Of a stretch of 64,000 nucleotides of DNA, positions 1-16,696 are shown one piece after another (position 1 is the stretch's first letter; the number at the start of each line of letters is the position of its first letter). The notes beneath the pieces were generated by a model. That model did not search any database, was not told where the DNA came from, and saw nothing but the letters and a program-made list of their open reading frames with translations. The translations under genes were made by a program, and so were the position numbers. Source of the stretch: Oculina patagonica (Eukaryota); the NCBI RefSeq assembly GCF_052425735.1, contig NC_135759.1, positions 22,196,001 through 22,260,000 on the forward strand. Reading direction: 5' to 3'.

Positions 1-4322
<4,322 letters not shown>

Positions 4323-4535
4323 AGTTCCAGATCGAAGGAATATTTACACTAATAGACTGGATAAAATCAAGAAATTCAGTTCAAAATGGAAAATGGCGGA
4401 CAGGCCTTCCTTCCACGTGACAATTTTTGTCCAATCAGACGGATTTTGCGAAAAACTGAGCCCGAGAAACAAACCATATTTGATCAGCGCTCACCCGAAT
4501 AAACATTTCACAAAAAAATGTCCAAGATGGCGGCC
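4323..4535. promoter_or_regulatory. Putative bidirectional promoter ACTR1A / PLPP
   Basis: Divergent ATGs 195 bp apart; YY1-type motifs AAAATGGCGG (4390-4399) and AAGATGGCGGCC (4524-4535); CCAAT at 4431. Confidence 0.7.
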
Positions 4536-7500
4536 AAATTGAGACAAGGTTCTTGTCATTTGTTGGCCGAAATCGGAGCACGACTGATTCTGTTCGCCAT
4601 ATTTATGTAAGTACCTAATCTGCCTTTGGATTTTGTTTCAGGAGAAACAGAGCTTTCCACCAAAACAACGAATATTGCCCTCCGATTTCACTATAAATGT
4701 TGTAATGTGAGTAAAGATATAAAATTTGATTTGGCGACGTGACGGTCGACGTGACGTGTAAAAAGTTGTCTCAGAAACACGGTTGTTTAGTCATGTTTCC
4801 ACTACTCTGTTTTTCTTTTTTTTTGGTCATCTTCTGAAGTCGTAAAAATCGCAGGATAAAGATCTCATGGAAATCATGCCGCATTAACATATACATATGC
4901 GACAACCTTACAGTCATAAGCTTACATGTTTATTCAAATTAAAAAAATAGGGCCCCAATGGGTCCATGTGTTTTGCTGCTAGAGCAAAGTCTTAGGGAAC
5001 ATGTTGATGAAAGACAAGTGAGTCGAGATTGAAATCCAACGTCTTTTATTGTCTGTCACTTGTGTGCAGGTTAATAATTGCACTATATTGTAGTCACTTT
5101 GTGTTAATTCAATCCTGATAATTTTACTGATCAAAATTCAGAAATTATAAATAATCGCACGCGCACCGGCGTACAACAACAGAAAGACGGCGTTGAACGT
5201 AACGCAAAGTTCATTTTGAAAGCGAAAGTTTACAAATAATTATTATCATTCGTCAGTCATCCCTTCACGCATGAACACTCGTCGAATTTCAGTGTCTTCA
5301 CAACAAGATCGGAAGATCGATAAGGACCAATTGTTGATTCTGCGAAAGTTCGTTTTCTTAAAGTTTTAGAAATTTGTGAAGTTGGAGGATTCACTGAGGA
5401 CTGCGTAGCCGAAGATGCAGTGGCTCGCTGGACATCAAATTCTATTTTTCACGGCGTTTAATTAATCTTCACAAAATAAACATGTGGCACCAGCGTGGCA
5501 GTCAAAAATTCATTTTTCAAAAAACTTTCCCTTTCCAGCTATTTTAGCGGGGCTTATACTATAGTACCTACCTGTCAGTCGTAGAAAAGCTGAAATTTAA
5601 GGATGAACTGTTTATTAAATGAAGACCGTATTATTTTTTAATAACTAGTAAACAAACTGGTCGCCACGCATTTAAACACGAACTGACGAATGTTGCATCT
5701 GATGCAGTGAATCTGGTGAATGAGAACTTCCTTTAATATTTCTTTGTTTTCGACGGTGTGAACCACTGAATAAGTTTCTTTCCCATTGTGATGTTACTAG
5801 TATTAATTCGTTTCTAGCTGTCTTTTATATAGCTCGAATACAGCTACAATTAGCGGTGCAGCCTACCACCAGCTGTCTTTGCGTGACAAGTTACACGTTC
5901 ATACATTTTATTTTAAAATATGAAGTTCAGAGTTAATACAGTACTAGTATGCTGTAGACAGTGTAGACAAGGTGAGGGTAAGTTTATTTTCAAAGCGAAA
6001 GTTTACAAACTGTGCACTAACCGGTCCTTTGGAGAAAATATTTATGACCTTCGGCGAGGTTCCAAGTCTTCGCTCTTTTCGTAAATGATGAAAACTGCAG
6101 AATAATTTTCTCATAAAACTGGAGTGGTCGCGCCACAGTTTGTTTTCTTTCCCAATGCGATATACTTTTAAATCGGTTTTCTGTTTTCCAACGTGTCCAA
6201 CGTGGTTTGCGTTCGAATACTTTGGCCCGTAACTTCGAATGCGATCAGCGCTACGGTTCATTGGTTTCGATTTTGTTTGTTCATGGATTTGATTGACATC
6301 GGTAGTTCAGATTTCTCCTCTGTTACGGCACTTACACCTTACGTACCTTACGGCACAAACTTCAGCTCTCAATGTGTTTTGCTTGCAGCCATTGCGGCTG
6401 CAGCAAAACACAAAAATGTACATGAAGGGAGTTTAGAGGTTAACCCTATTGTAAAAACTGCCCTAAAAAAGAAAAAAGGTTACAATTAAAATTAAATTCA
6501 AAACTAAAACTACATTAAAAATTACATTAAAAAATTGTTGAAAGATCTTAAGCTTATTTCTGTTTTATTCAAATGTAGTTTGATTAACTATGATGGATAC
6601 AACAATATTTTTAGGAGGTGGATGGATGATCAACGTAATTATGCCAGTTTTTGTGCTGTAGTTTTCACTCACCTTATTCTTACTAATTTTGGTGAGTACC
6701 AATTTTCAGGATTTCAAAATAATCGGGAAATTTAATACATGCGAAAAAAAAAACATTGCGCGAAATTTAAACATGCAAAAATTAATACCATATTTTATAT
6801 CAAAACAATACAAATAAGTTTGAAACTGCAAATATCTATCCAAGAAAATATCTTTCCCTCTTGTTTTCGACTAGCACCCTTCCTCTGATTACTGTGTTCT
6901 TCAGCTTGTAAATCAGCCAAGACCTGCTTAGTGCAGTCACCAAAGTTCCTGTTTGCAGGCTTCTTGTACAGTAGTTACAAGGAGCCAGGCCTTTGTATAT
7001 TTCCTGTAGTTCCTAAGTCTTTGTCGACTGTTCCAGAAAACACTGACAATATCGCAAAATTTTATACACTTTTCCTCTAATTTTCTTGCAATTGCAAAAA
7101 TAAATACTTGCGAAATTCGACTCCCAAATGTTCGCGAAATTCAGTACGCACAAAAATTAGTAGGAATAAGGTACAATGTATTTAAAGGTAAGTGCATAAT
7201 GTTCAGAGTATTTTCAGTTTGGATGATAGCATGATCAAGCTCTGGAGTAGTCTCATAGTTGCTGGGCTGGCTTCTTCTACTGAGTCGCCAGTTCCAAAAT
7301 TCCAATCGTGATAATGACTAAAAGGACTGCAACATGGTGTCTGTAATAACATGGCTTGACTGCAGTTCCAAAAAAACAACAACAACAAGAGCTTTACTTA
7401 TACTTAGTGGTAAACTAAAGCACACAAGAGCATTATCATTGAACACTGTATGTTTCTTCTTCAGGGCTTTGGAATTTACTCCAGCTTTTATACGTGTCAT

Positions 7501-10500
7501 TCATGATGAAGAGATGTGGCTTTACAAAAATCCCAAATCCCAGAACACAGTTTCAACAGAAATGTTATTTGTAAGTTTCTTCTTGATCAGTAGACTGCCA
7601 AACATAGGCAGGTTATAACATGTAGCAACACAAGGTACACCGCAGGCTTTTAGTCAGGTGAGAGTCCAGGAGTTCTATGGATGGCCACTTTTCAGAGAAA
7701 ATTAATATGAATAATTGTTTACTGTCAGGTTTTTTTAGCAAATTTGGAAATCTTCAGATACCTTTGCAATCGTAACTGCAAAAAATGCAGTTACGATGGG
7801 GACAAAGATCAGGCCTTATAAAAATTTTGGACTCCCATTTTTTAAATCCTTGCTAAAAGCCTGGTACACTGGTAAATGTGAACTAAATTAATATAAAGTC
7901 ACTGCTGTATCCTCTTGAAAAGTCCTTGGCAGTGAAAGGGTCAAGGAGTTACAAGGAGTTATCTTTTAACCAGGACTTGAAAAAGTGGATGTCCTAAAGG
8001 TATTTCAATCAATTAATTAAATAGCATATTTTTTAATTTTTTTGTTGGCAGGTAATTGGTGCAGTTGTTCCTGCTGCTATTATAGTTACTTTGGCCGCTT
8101 TAAGAAAAGACAAGATTGACGGCATACAAGCCCTCTTTGGTAAATTAAAGTGAATTTTAAATGAGCATTCTTATTTGACATAATTATTTAACATTTTTAT
8201 TTACTAGTTTTTAAATTAATACTAACATTTAGATGTTAGTGAAATCACGGTCTTTTGAATTTGGTTAATTTAATTTTTTACAGCTTTGACATTAACTCTT
8301 GGACTAAATGGAGTTGTAACAAACACAGTAAAAGTTCTTGTTGGCAGGTAAGAAAAAAAATAAGGTTTACAATGCTATTGCGCTGTACAAACATGTACTT
8401 TAAGCTCTGGCCAAATGGAGGCACAAATAGTTGCAAGCTGTCACAAGTTCAACTTGCATACTGCAGATTTGCATTGGGTGGCCAAATGGGCTAGCAAGTT
8501 AAATCGCAAGTGCATGCAAGTTTTCAAAAAAGCCATTTCAATGCTACTGCACACGCTGCGATTCAGTAAACAAAAACACTTGCTATGACTTGTGTTGGGT
8601 GGCCAAGCAGTGAAAAGCATTGACTTGCCAGCAAATTTGATCCTGACCCAAGTGAATGCAAGTAATAGCAAGTCAATGCAAGTGCATGTAAGTCCTGGTT
8701 AGATGGAGATGCAAGAATATGCAAGCTGAAAACTTGCATCTACTAAGTTAACGTCTCCATTTGGCCAGGCCTTTATGTTATTGTTTTGTTTTCAGAATTT
8801 TATTATGCTGGTTAAATTAGTTAGATACCAGTTTTATTTACAAAATTGTGATAAACAAGGTAAATGGCTACCGGTATGTTGTGGTTAAATTTTACCTTAG
8901 GTACAATTTGGTATTTTCCTTTTTTTGAGTGTTTGGTAATATGCATGTGATAAAAAATATGAATATGCTTCTTATTGGTGTCATTTTTAAGGTAAAACTG
9001 TGTTTATGTGCAAAAGTTTGTGGTATGGCTGGTGTCAGATTGTGTGGTTGATTTTGCAGGCCTCGTCCAGATTACTTCTGGCGTTGTTATCCCAATGGAG
9101 TTATTCCTGCATCCGTGAAATGTGATGGCAACCCTGATGAAATTATAGAGGGCAGAAAGAGCTTTCCTAGTGGTCATGCTTCTTGTAAGTTGCAGTCAGA
9201 AATGTATTTTATTCAGATCTGATCTAGGGGGAAGTAGAAGTTGTAGAGAATTTATATTTGTATGCTATATAAAAAGCCTGTCGCAAATCCTCTATTGGTC
9301 ACCCCCTTCTCTAACAAGCCTTCTCCCTTTCCTCCTCATTTTGGAGTAAGAAATTTATTAACTCAGGGCAGTTGCATCCTTGTCTTGGTTTACTTTTTTA
9401 TGATTTAGTCAGCAGATGACTTGGGGCTTGGGCCCTTGCCAAACATGTAAGAAAGCATGAAAAGTTTTCTACCCAGGAAGAGAATCTACTTTTCTTAGAT
9501 GACCCGATGAGACATCAAGTGTTGTCAAGCCCTGTCTGAGAGTTGAAGTTAGAGTTAAAGTTTAACCAAAAAGCTATAATTTTGTAATAATACATGTAAG
9601 AATAACAATAATACTATAGCAGGCTGCAATAGAATCAATATAAAGTACCACAAGTGAAGAAAATTGCCTTATTCTGTCTGTTTTCTCTATGTGCAGTTTC
9701 CTTTGCTGGCCTAGGATTTATCTCACTTTATCTTGCTGGAAAGTTACACTGTTTCCAAGCACAGGGAAGAGGACAAGGATGGAAACTGTGTGTTGCTTTA
9801 GCACCTGTAATAATTGCCACAGCACTGACACTTACAAGATATTCAGATTACCGTCATCACTGGCAAGGTACTGGACAGAAGAATCTTTAAAGTTTTGTTT
9901 TAAATGTCATGTTTGTGTATGCCCGGGAATGGCTGATTCCCTCTACATGTACGAGACACGCCAGCAGAGAATCATGGTAGTGGCATTCAGCATTGCCAAG
10001 TCTCGTGCATGTTTTGATAAATACGACTACCATGATTCCCTACAGGTGTGTCTCATAGAGGAAATGGCCATTAGGTTTTGTAAGCAGACGCTTGTCTTTA
10101 TGCACTCACTTCTTTCCTCGCAAGAGAGAGAGAAGTCTAAGTCCAACCACCATACTGACAAGTCAGCAAAACTTCAAATATGTCGTGTCTGATTTGTTTA
10201 GTTCTTTTATGCCTCAGAGACACTACACAGTTAACACGCTTCTTTGACTCTACCCAGCTTTAGTGAAGCTATCTGGGAACAACACTAAGTAAATGTAGGA
10301 AAGATCTTCAGTTACTTCTGAGTTACAGCTGTCTATTAACGGCAGATTGACCATTCTGTTAGTTCAAGATCCTCTCCATTCTGGTTTTATTTATTTGTTT
10401 TACATTATAAACTTATTTCCCTACTATTGTTTCTTATTTCACAGACATAACAGTTGGCTCAATACTAGGTGAGTTGCATGAATAACAATTTTTGCAGCCT

Positions 10501-11597
10501 CACCAGGCACTGTTGCATTTCTTCGGTAAAGGGCAGGTAATAGGGAGCATAGGGCTTGATGGGAACAAGGTAAAACCCCAGGGAGTGGCCCTTGGGGTCT
10601 AGGCAAATTTTTGACTTGCTCCAAGTCGCTAGTTAGATTCGCAGGAGACTGCTGGGTAAGGAAACGGAGGGCATGCGCGGGCATGAGAAACAAAATGACA
10701 GAGGATTGTTGCGGAACGAGCAACTTGTCTCACCTGCAGCGCGCCAATTCTGAAATATGATGCCATCGAGATTATGTCAATCATATTGTATTGCGCGCTG
10801 TGCCCGCCAACTTAGCGCGCGCTGCTCGCGAGACGAGCTTGCGTTTAACTTTTCACCTCTTGAACAGACTTGTTTCCTTCTCACATCGGCAGTTAAACCA
10901 GTTTTAGAACAAATACCGGTAACACAAATGTCTTTTTTTGTGCATGTCCCTTTTAAATCTTGCAGAAATGAGAGAGCCATCAAGGGCCTCGAGTATGATT
11001 TCCCACAAAAAAGGGAAGAAAAGCGCAAGTTTAACACAAGCCACAGCGCGCGTCAGCTGCACACGGCGCACGAAACTGACGTCAATACGATAAAAGAAAC
11101 CAATTCAGTGCACACAAGCATGATGCAATTTTTCGCGGCAATCAACGTCAGCCAGAATCGATTTCCTGCAAGTGACACAAGTCGCTCGTTTTGAGCTTAT
11201 CCTAAGTGTTTGTTTTCCTTCGCGCGCGCGTTCACAGAAATGAATTCCACGCAATCTCTTGCGTGCGATTTCAAAGGTGATTTTACTCAAGTGGTCTTTC
11301 TCGCTTGATTTCAAAGCAATTTTATTTAAGTAACTATAAATGCAAAAAATGCAAAAAATTTCTGCTTGTGTTGAAAACCAGTCAGGTATTTTCCATAGCT
11401 GACATTGTTTGTTTGTTGCAGGTCTGTTCTTCGCCTATCTAAGTTACAGACAGTACTACCCCGCGCTTAACAGACCACACTGTCACATACCATATTGCGC
11501 AGTGACGCCAACCATGAACCATGAACCTGACCACATGTTGCCAATGACTGTTAGGGAGATAAAGACCATAAATCCTGTGGTGACGAAATCACTTTGA
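4518..11597 (+). CDS. PLPP5: Phospholipid phosphatase, PAP2 family (PLPP4/PLPP5, PPAPDC1-like), about 280 aa
   Basis: Exons 4518-4606, 7465-7570 (IHDEEMWLYKNP), 8052-8139, 8284-8347, 9060-9184, 9697-9867, 10445-10468, 11422-11597 total 843 nt in frame. PAP2 motifs C1 KVLVGRPRP, C2 PSGH, C3 TRYSDYRHHWQD. PLPP4 versus PLPP5 cannot be resolved. Confidence 0.92.
6671..7172. mobile_element. Non-autonomous DNA transposon (MITE)
   Basis: Terminal inverted repeats ACCTTATTCTTACTAATTTT / AAAATTAGTAGGAATAAGGT. Confidence 0.7.
7643..7863. mobile_element. hAT-like MITE
   Basis: TIR CAGGCTTTTAG / CTAAAAGCCTG with a near-perfect 8-bp flanking duplication gtacaccg / gtacactg. Confidence 0.7.
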
Positions 11598-12656
11598 CAA
11601 CAGCTGATTTGTCACAATAGGTGTTAGAGTAAGGAGTAAAAAGTATGTTAGATTTGTTATACGTGCAACACCTTCTTGCAACTTATCGCAACAGTATATA
11701 TACCAACCGTGTATAAATAAAGATTGACTTGACTTGACAGTGTTGAAAAGAGCACGATTGTTGGGCCTATTACTATCCGTGTTGCAAGTTTCGGCAGCGT
11801 GTTGCATTGGCCGTTTTCACAATGAGACAGACAAATCATCTATACGGACAAGTTGTCTTAGTGTGAAAACGGGACAGACACGATTTTGGATGTATAAGTT
11901 GTCTGAATTTGGCCGTCTAGAAAGACAATTTTTCGAAGATGACTTGGTCGTCTAGACGGACAAGTCGTCCAAAAGCCGTCTTAAATTCACACTAGACGAA
12001 AAAATCATCACACAACTTGTCTGTCTAGACGATTTGTCCGTCCTCACGTTTGAAAACAGCCATTAGGTTGGACTCGTGGCTTATTCGCACGTAGCATGTT
12101 ACCACAACTTGCAACACGGGTAGTAATCTGCGCAACAACGCTTCTCAACTTGGTATTCAACATTGCCGCGTAAAAAGTTGCAAGAAAGTGTAGTCCGTGT
12201 TTCTTGGCCTTTATTGGTTTATAAATTGGGCAGGGCATTAAACTGACACTTCATGTAAGGGGACGATTACATGCTGTTATAATTTATTTTCTTGAAACCC
12301 CTAGCAATAGACAAATTCTCCCTTGTGGAATTATAGAAATGTAATAAACTGTAAAGATAGTTTTAAATTGAATCTATGGCTTTATTCTACCTCTGTAATA
12401 TATACCAAATGATATGTATTTGTTCTCTCAGGAAGAAAGCATTGTGTTTTATTTTATTCTGCCTACAAAACGCCAAAAACTGTCACCAGAATCAGATTAT
12501 TGTTAGGCTATGTCATAACGAAAAGAGAATTTAAAATAAAATATTTATTCAAAACTGTATTTTAAATACATGTCAATGAAATAATTTACCCGGTGTTGTA
12601 TTAAAATGTTGACAATAAAGAGATTATTTCGCCAAAGCAGTGGTTCTTTTCATCTG

Positions 12657-12802
12657 TAGACTGTTTACAGCCCTCTATTTTTTGTATATTTTCAATCAAC
12701 GAGTGCTACCGCCCTCCTCCCCCCTCCCACAGGCCTCACGCTCATGGTCGCCGATTCTCTCGCTTTTTTGCGTTGAAAAATAGAGAGGCTGTGGACAGTC
12801 TA
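12657..12802. mobile_element. Short palindromic MITE
   Basis: TAGACTGTTTACAGCCCTCTATTT ... AAATAGAGAGGCTGTGGACAGTCTA inverted ends. Confidence 0.65.
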
Positions 12803-13213
12803 TTCTCCACGCCGCCTCCAAAAAAATTAGTCCACTAAATCGCAATACCTCGTGAGTCAAACCACCACAAAAAGCTGTATTCAATAACGTTTTTGCAATA
12901 TTTGGTGCGTGATCCGTCGGACGAAAACTGCCAAAAAATAGCCTGACTCTGGATTCCTGTAAATCGTATAATTAAGATTTTTATTCGATCTGAAATAAAT
13001 ACAGCAAATAATATACTTAAACACTAGAAACTAACCGAAAACAAAAAGCCTAAGTACATCATGAGCTGATGGGCAAGATCTTTTTATCTGTTGCCTGTTG
13101 CACGCGATCAAACAGAAATCAAGTTTAACCTAACAAGAAATCGCCGCATTGGACACAAAAGCAAGGCAAGAACAATACAATGTATAAACGAAAAAGACTT
13201 CAGTTAATAAATA

Positions 13214-13390
13214 TACAGTTAACTCTTTCTAAAATGGACACCTTTGGGACTGGCTCCAACTGTCTGTCTTTAAAAGGAGGCCATCTTATGGGGAGTTTAG
13301 TTACAGTAAAATGACTGAAAAACGGCAGGAATGGCACCAACATGAGGTATCCGTCTTATAGAGGTGTCCGTTAAAAGAGACTTGACGGTA
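13214..13390. mobile_element. Tc1/mariner-type MITE (TA-CAGT ends)
   Basis: TACAGTTAACTCT...GGACACC and GGTGTCC...AGAGACTTGACGGTA imperfect inverted ends; related to the 31757-31915 element. Confidence 0.6.
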
Positions 13391-13999
13391 TTCAAGGAGA
13401 TCCATTAGATTTAGAAGACAGAAATTTCTAAATTCTAAACTTGCTTGGGCACATTGTATGTCATTTATTGGATGTCATGCTACAATATAATGCAACCTTT
13501 GTAGAGATAACAAAGGGAAAACTAAATAAAAAATATAAAGTGAAATAAAATATTACTGTTCAATTGAGGAAATCTATGAAGAAAATGTATTATTTGCATC
13601 TCTGTGGCAACATAACTACTGTATCACATTTATTTGAATTCCAACAGATCCTTGCAATGCTATTTATGCAATCACTAACATTGTTTCTCATGTTAAACAT
13701 TTAAGCTGCAGTTGGATATATTATGTCTCTTCACACACAAGGTGTCAGCTACCTTGTTACTTATTTTCGCGGGAGCTTAATTTTGCGAAGATGAAAAAAA
13801 AACCTAAAAAATGTTAAAAATAAATTTTTGCTGGTCTTTAATTCGGGTAACCTGTGTACAGCCGTCCCACTCTGCTCGCACAAAAATGAGTAACAATACT
13901 TTTATTTACGTTTATTTTTTGACAAATGTTTCTCAAAATCATGTAAGACCCCATCTGAAACATCACTTCTGCAAGCATTACGTGCCAATTTTATTGGAG

Positions 14000-14120
14000 T
14001 CGAAGCCCCCTGAATTCAGCTACAACTTTCCCACTCACTGAACTCCAGATGGAAATTTCTTTATCGGAATAAAATATATTATTGAAAGTCACATACACAA
14101 CCAAAACTGGGTTGTAATCA
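14000..14120 (-). pseudogene. 5' remnant of a propeller-SOCS-box family gene
   Basis: Minus strand reads DYNPVLVVYVTF ... DKEISIWSSVSGKVVAEF, matching the N-termini of the genes at 15529-16596 and 61886-62974; no start codon and no downstream continuation seen. Confidence 0.8.
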
Positions 14121-15528
14121 CCAACGGCGTAGCCAATCGATAAAAATTGAATTGATTGGTATCAATTTTATCAATCAACCGTAAAAATCAGTATCACTCT
14201 CACTTAAATAAATCAATTTTATCAATTTCTAGTGAAGAATTGCATTTGAGAAATTTAATTGCAAAATTTTTGGACTGTAGCCATATCCAGTTATGAAGCC
14301 GGATTTGCCAGATTTAAGTTTTAAGAAAATCAAGAGTTTTACACAAACAGATTTCAAACTGCCTTGTTAAAATCTAGCCAATTAAATCATGTACCCCCAC
14401 CTGTTGCTGGGAAAAGGTCTCGGACCCAGTCTCGTCCCCAGTTGCTCACGATCGTTGGGAGAATGCCAGTTAATTATTGAGGAAAGCGGGGGCGAAGGGA
14501 GACTTCCATCCCCCACCGCTCACGCTTTCTTCCCTTCCCATCACCCACCACTCACGCTTCGAGCTCACTCCCAATCCTCCAACTCACTCCCTCTTTATCA
14601 GAATCCGCGTTCAATCGGCCTTGGAAAGCTTGTGGAGGAGGCAGGGAAAAGGTAACTGCCTCACCAGAACACCCCCCTCCCCCCACTTCCCAGCTTAGAG
14701 GGACAGGCAGCTCTGGGAGCAAGAATGGGAATGAGGTTGCGAGAATACATCAATAGTTTATTACTTGTTGATTTACCCAAAGTTTGGTTACCATGCCAAC
14801 ACACTGTCAAGTAGAAAGCTTGAGAAGCACTGCACCAAACAATTTTAATGGAAAACCCTTGGTAGAATTTCCTTGCACTTTCATGTCATGACATGATATC
14901 ATGTTATGATACCCATTTTTTTTAAGATATTAGCCAGCAAAAGAGGATAAACATCATGGCCTTGTATGTAATATGGCCGTGTTCCTAGGTATTAGTGTAC
15001 TGGTTGTTGCTCCAGCTTGCTTTGCTTCTGGGTAATGCAAGCCCTTATACACATCTGTGTTCCCTGTCTCAAGTAACCCTCCAACCCTTACCCAAAACAA
15101 AATAAACATTGGCAGCCATGGTGCAACTGGGCTTGATCACCAGCCACTTTTCGAAAAATGAGCCAGCACTCCACTCTTCCCAGGGAGGAACAAAGAACGG
15201 ACTCAAGAGAGCGGCGGAAATCAAGCTAAGGGTGAAACTTTTCTTTATTATTTTCTTAGTGAGTGCTTTTTATCACTTTGTTGGCACACTTGTACTAACC
15301 TGCATAATGATAATAAAACATATTATCTATTATTAATTAACTATTTATAAATGAATTTTCCTACATTATATGTGCCACTCTTCAAATCTTTATATTTACA
15401 CCAAAAATAATCTGACACAAGGCACCTTGATATAAAGTGGTGGTTGCAGCCCATGATATATTTGTTGTGCCAATCCCTGTCTATCTACCTCCTCATTGTT
15501 TATCAATTGAATTAATTTTGGGCTTAGT

Positions 15529-16596
15529 TTACTTGAACAACAGGTAATTTTTCAGCATGAATGGAATTTCCAAACTGTTTACTTTATCAGCATATCCAGT
15601 ACAAATTGTTTTTCGAACATGACATCGGCATAAATCTTGAAGGGACCTTGGGTTACATTTATAGTCAAACAGTTTTATGACCTTTTCTTCGCAGACAATT
15701 AACTGGCCTTCGTGGTTTAGTCTTATTTGCCCTCTGGGTTTTACATCTGATGCAATCAGATGTGCATTGCTGCCTTCTGTCGTTGACTCAAGCAACACAA
15801 TTTCACTTTTATTAGCAATGATCAGGTTTTGTCCATCATGAACAAGTCCGACGGCATCAATGTCTTTTCGTTCACCATTTAGCACATAATATGTGATTTT
15901 GTCTTGTTCCTGGATCTCTACTTTCCCTTCAGAGTTCGAGCACACCTTTGCACTTGATAAAAAGGGCAGGTAAATAGAAAACGTTGTTACCTTGAAATCC
16001 GGAGAACAGCATAACGGATAAACTCCCCATTCAGCTTCCTTTTCTCCAGGAATAATTTTTCTAGATTTGAGGACCTTTAAATTGTCCCAGTCTATGAAGA
16101 TTTCATAAACACCCTCGCCACCATTAAATGCATTTGTGACAAGAAGATTCCCCCCTGGAGACAAAGCGATCGCTCCAGGGCAAGTCATGGGAAGATCTTT
16201 GTCTTCTATTACAAGTTCAGCTGTAGAATCTTCATCTTCGTCATCTTCTTCGTTATCTATGTGGTTATCTTTGTCCCCTTTTACAAATTCGGTTGAATTA
16301 GATTTGACACTTCCAAGGTTATAGATCTCTATACTTCCCCCATGATGTTCTTCTGATAAGCTTACTGCAATACGATTACCTGGTACAAACATCGTGTCAC
16401 AGAAGTTGTTGCCGAAGCCGGTAAATTCAGCTACTACTTCTCCACTCACAGGGTTCCAGACGGAAACATCGTAATCGAAAGTCACATACAAATCCAAAAC
16501 TGGGTTGTAATCAACTCCGTATGTGCTTCTTTCTCTTGTTGGAATTTTAATCTCTGAGACGCAGTTGTTCGGAATAACCTTCGTTTGTGCGGCCAT
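15529..16596 (-). CDS. Intronless NHL-like beta-propeller protein with C-terminal SOCS box (paralog A), 355 aa
   Basis: Start reassigned to the ATG at 16596 (MAAQTKVIPNNC) by alignment with the paralog at 61886. C-terminal PRSLQDLCRCHVRKTI...VNSLEIPFMLKNYLLF is a SOCS box. Blade-like segments PGAIALSPGGNLLVT and PRGQIRLNHEGQLIVCE; acidic loop. Confidence 0.88.
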   Translation of the reverse strand: MAAQTKVIPNNCVSEIKIPTRERSTYGVDYNPVLDLYVTFDYDVSVWNPVSGEVVAEFTGFGNNFCDTMFVPGNRIAVSLSEEHHGGSIEIYNLGSVKSNSTEFVKGDKDNHIDNEEDDEDEDSTAELVIEDKDLPMTCPGAIALSPGGNLLVTNAFNGGEGVYEIFIDWDNLKVLKSRKIIPGEKEAEWGVYPLCCSPDFKVTTFSIYLPFLSSAKVCSNSEGKVEIQEQDKITYYVLNGERKDIDAVGLVHDGQNLIIANKSEIVLLESTTEGSNAHLIASDVKPRGQIRLNHEGQLIVCEEKVIKLFDYKCNPRSLQDLCRCHVRKTICTGYADKVNSLEIPFMLKNYLLFK

Positions 16597-16696
16597 TTTG
16601 AATTTGTAAACGCGGTGAGCTGGTGCGAGATCTGTAACCTTGTTCCCAGGGTCTTCTCTTAAGGTTGCAAGATGATGCGAGATCTGGAGCCTCAAG

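Noticed and set aside
9689-10192. 167-aa ORF overlapping PLPP exon 6 and intron 6
   Set aside because: Out of frame with the real exon, runs through a splice donor, and has no recognisable domain.
10757-11194. 145-aa ORF in PLPP intron 7
   Set aside because: Lies in CpG-rich, repeat-like intronic DNA with no recognisable motif; probably a transposon relic, ends not defined.
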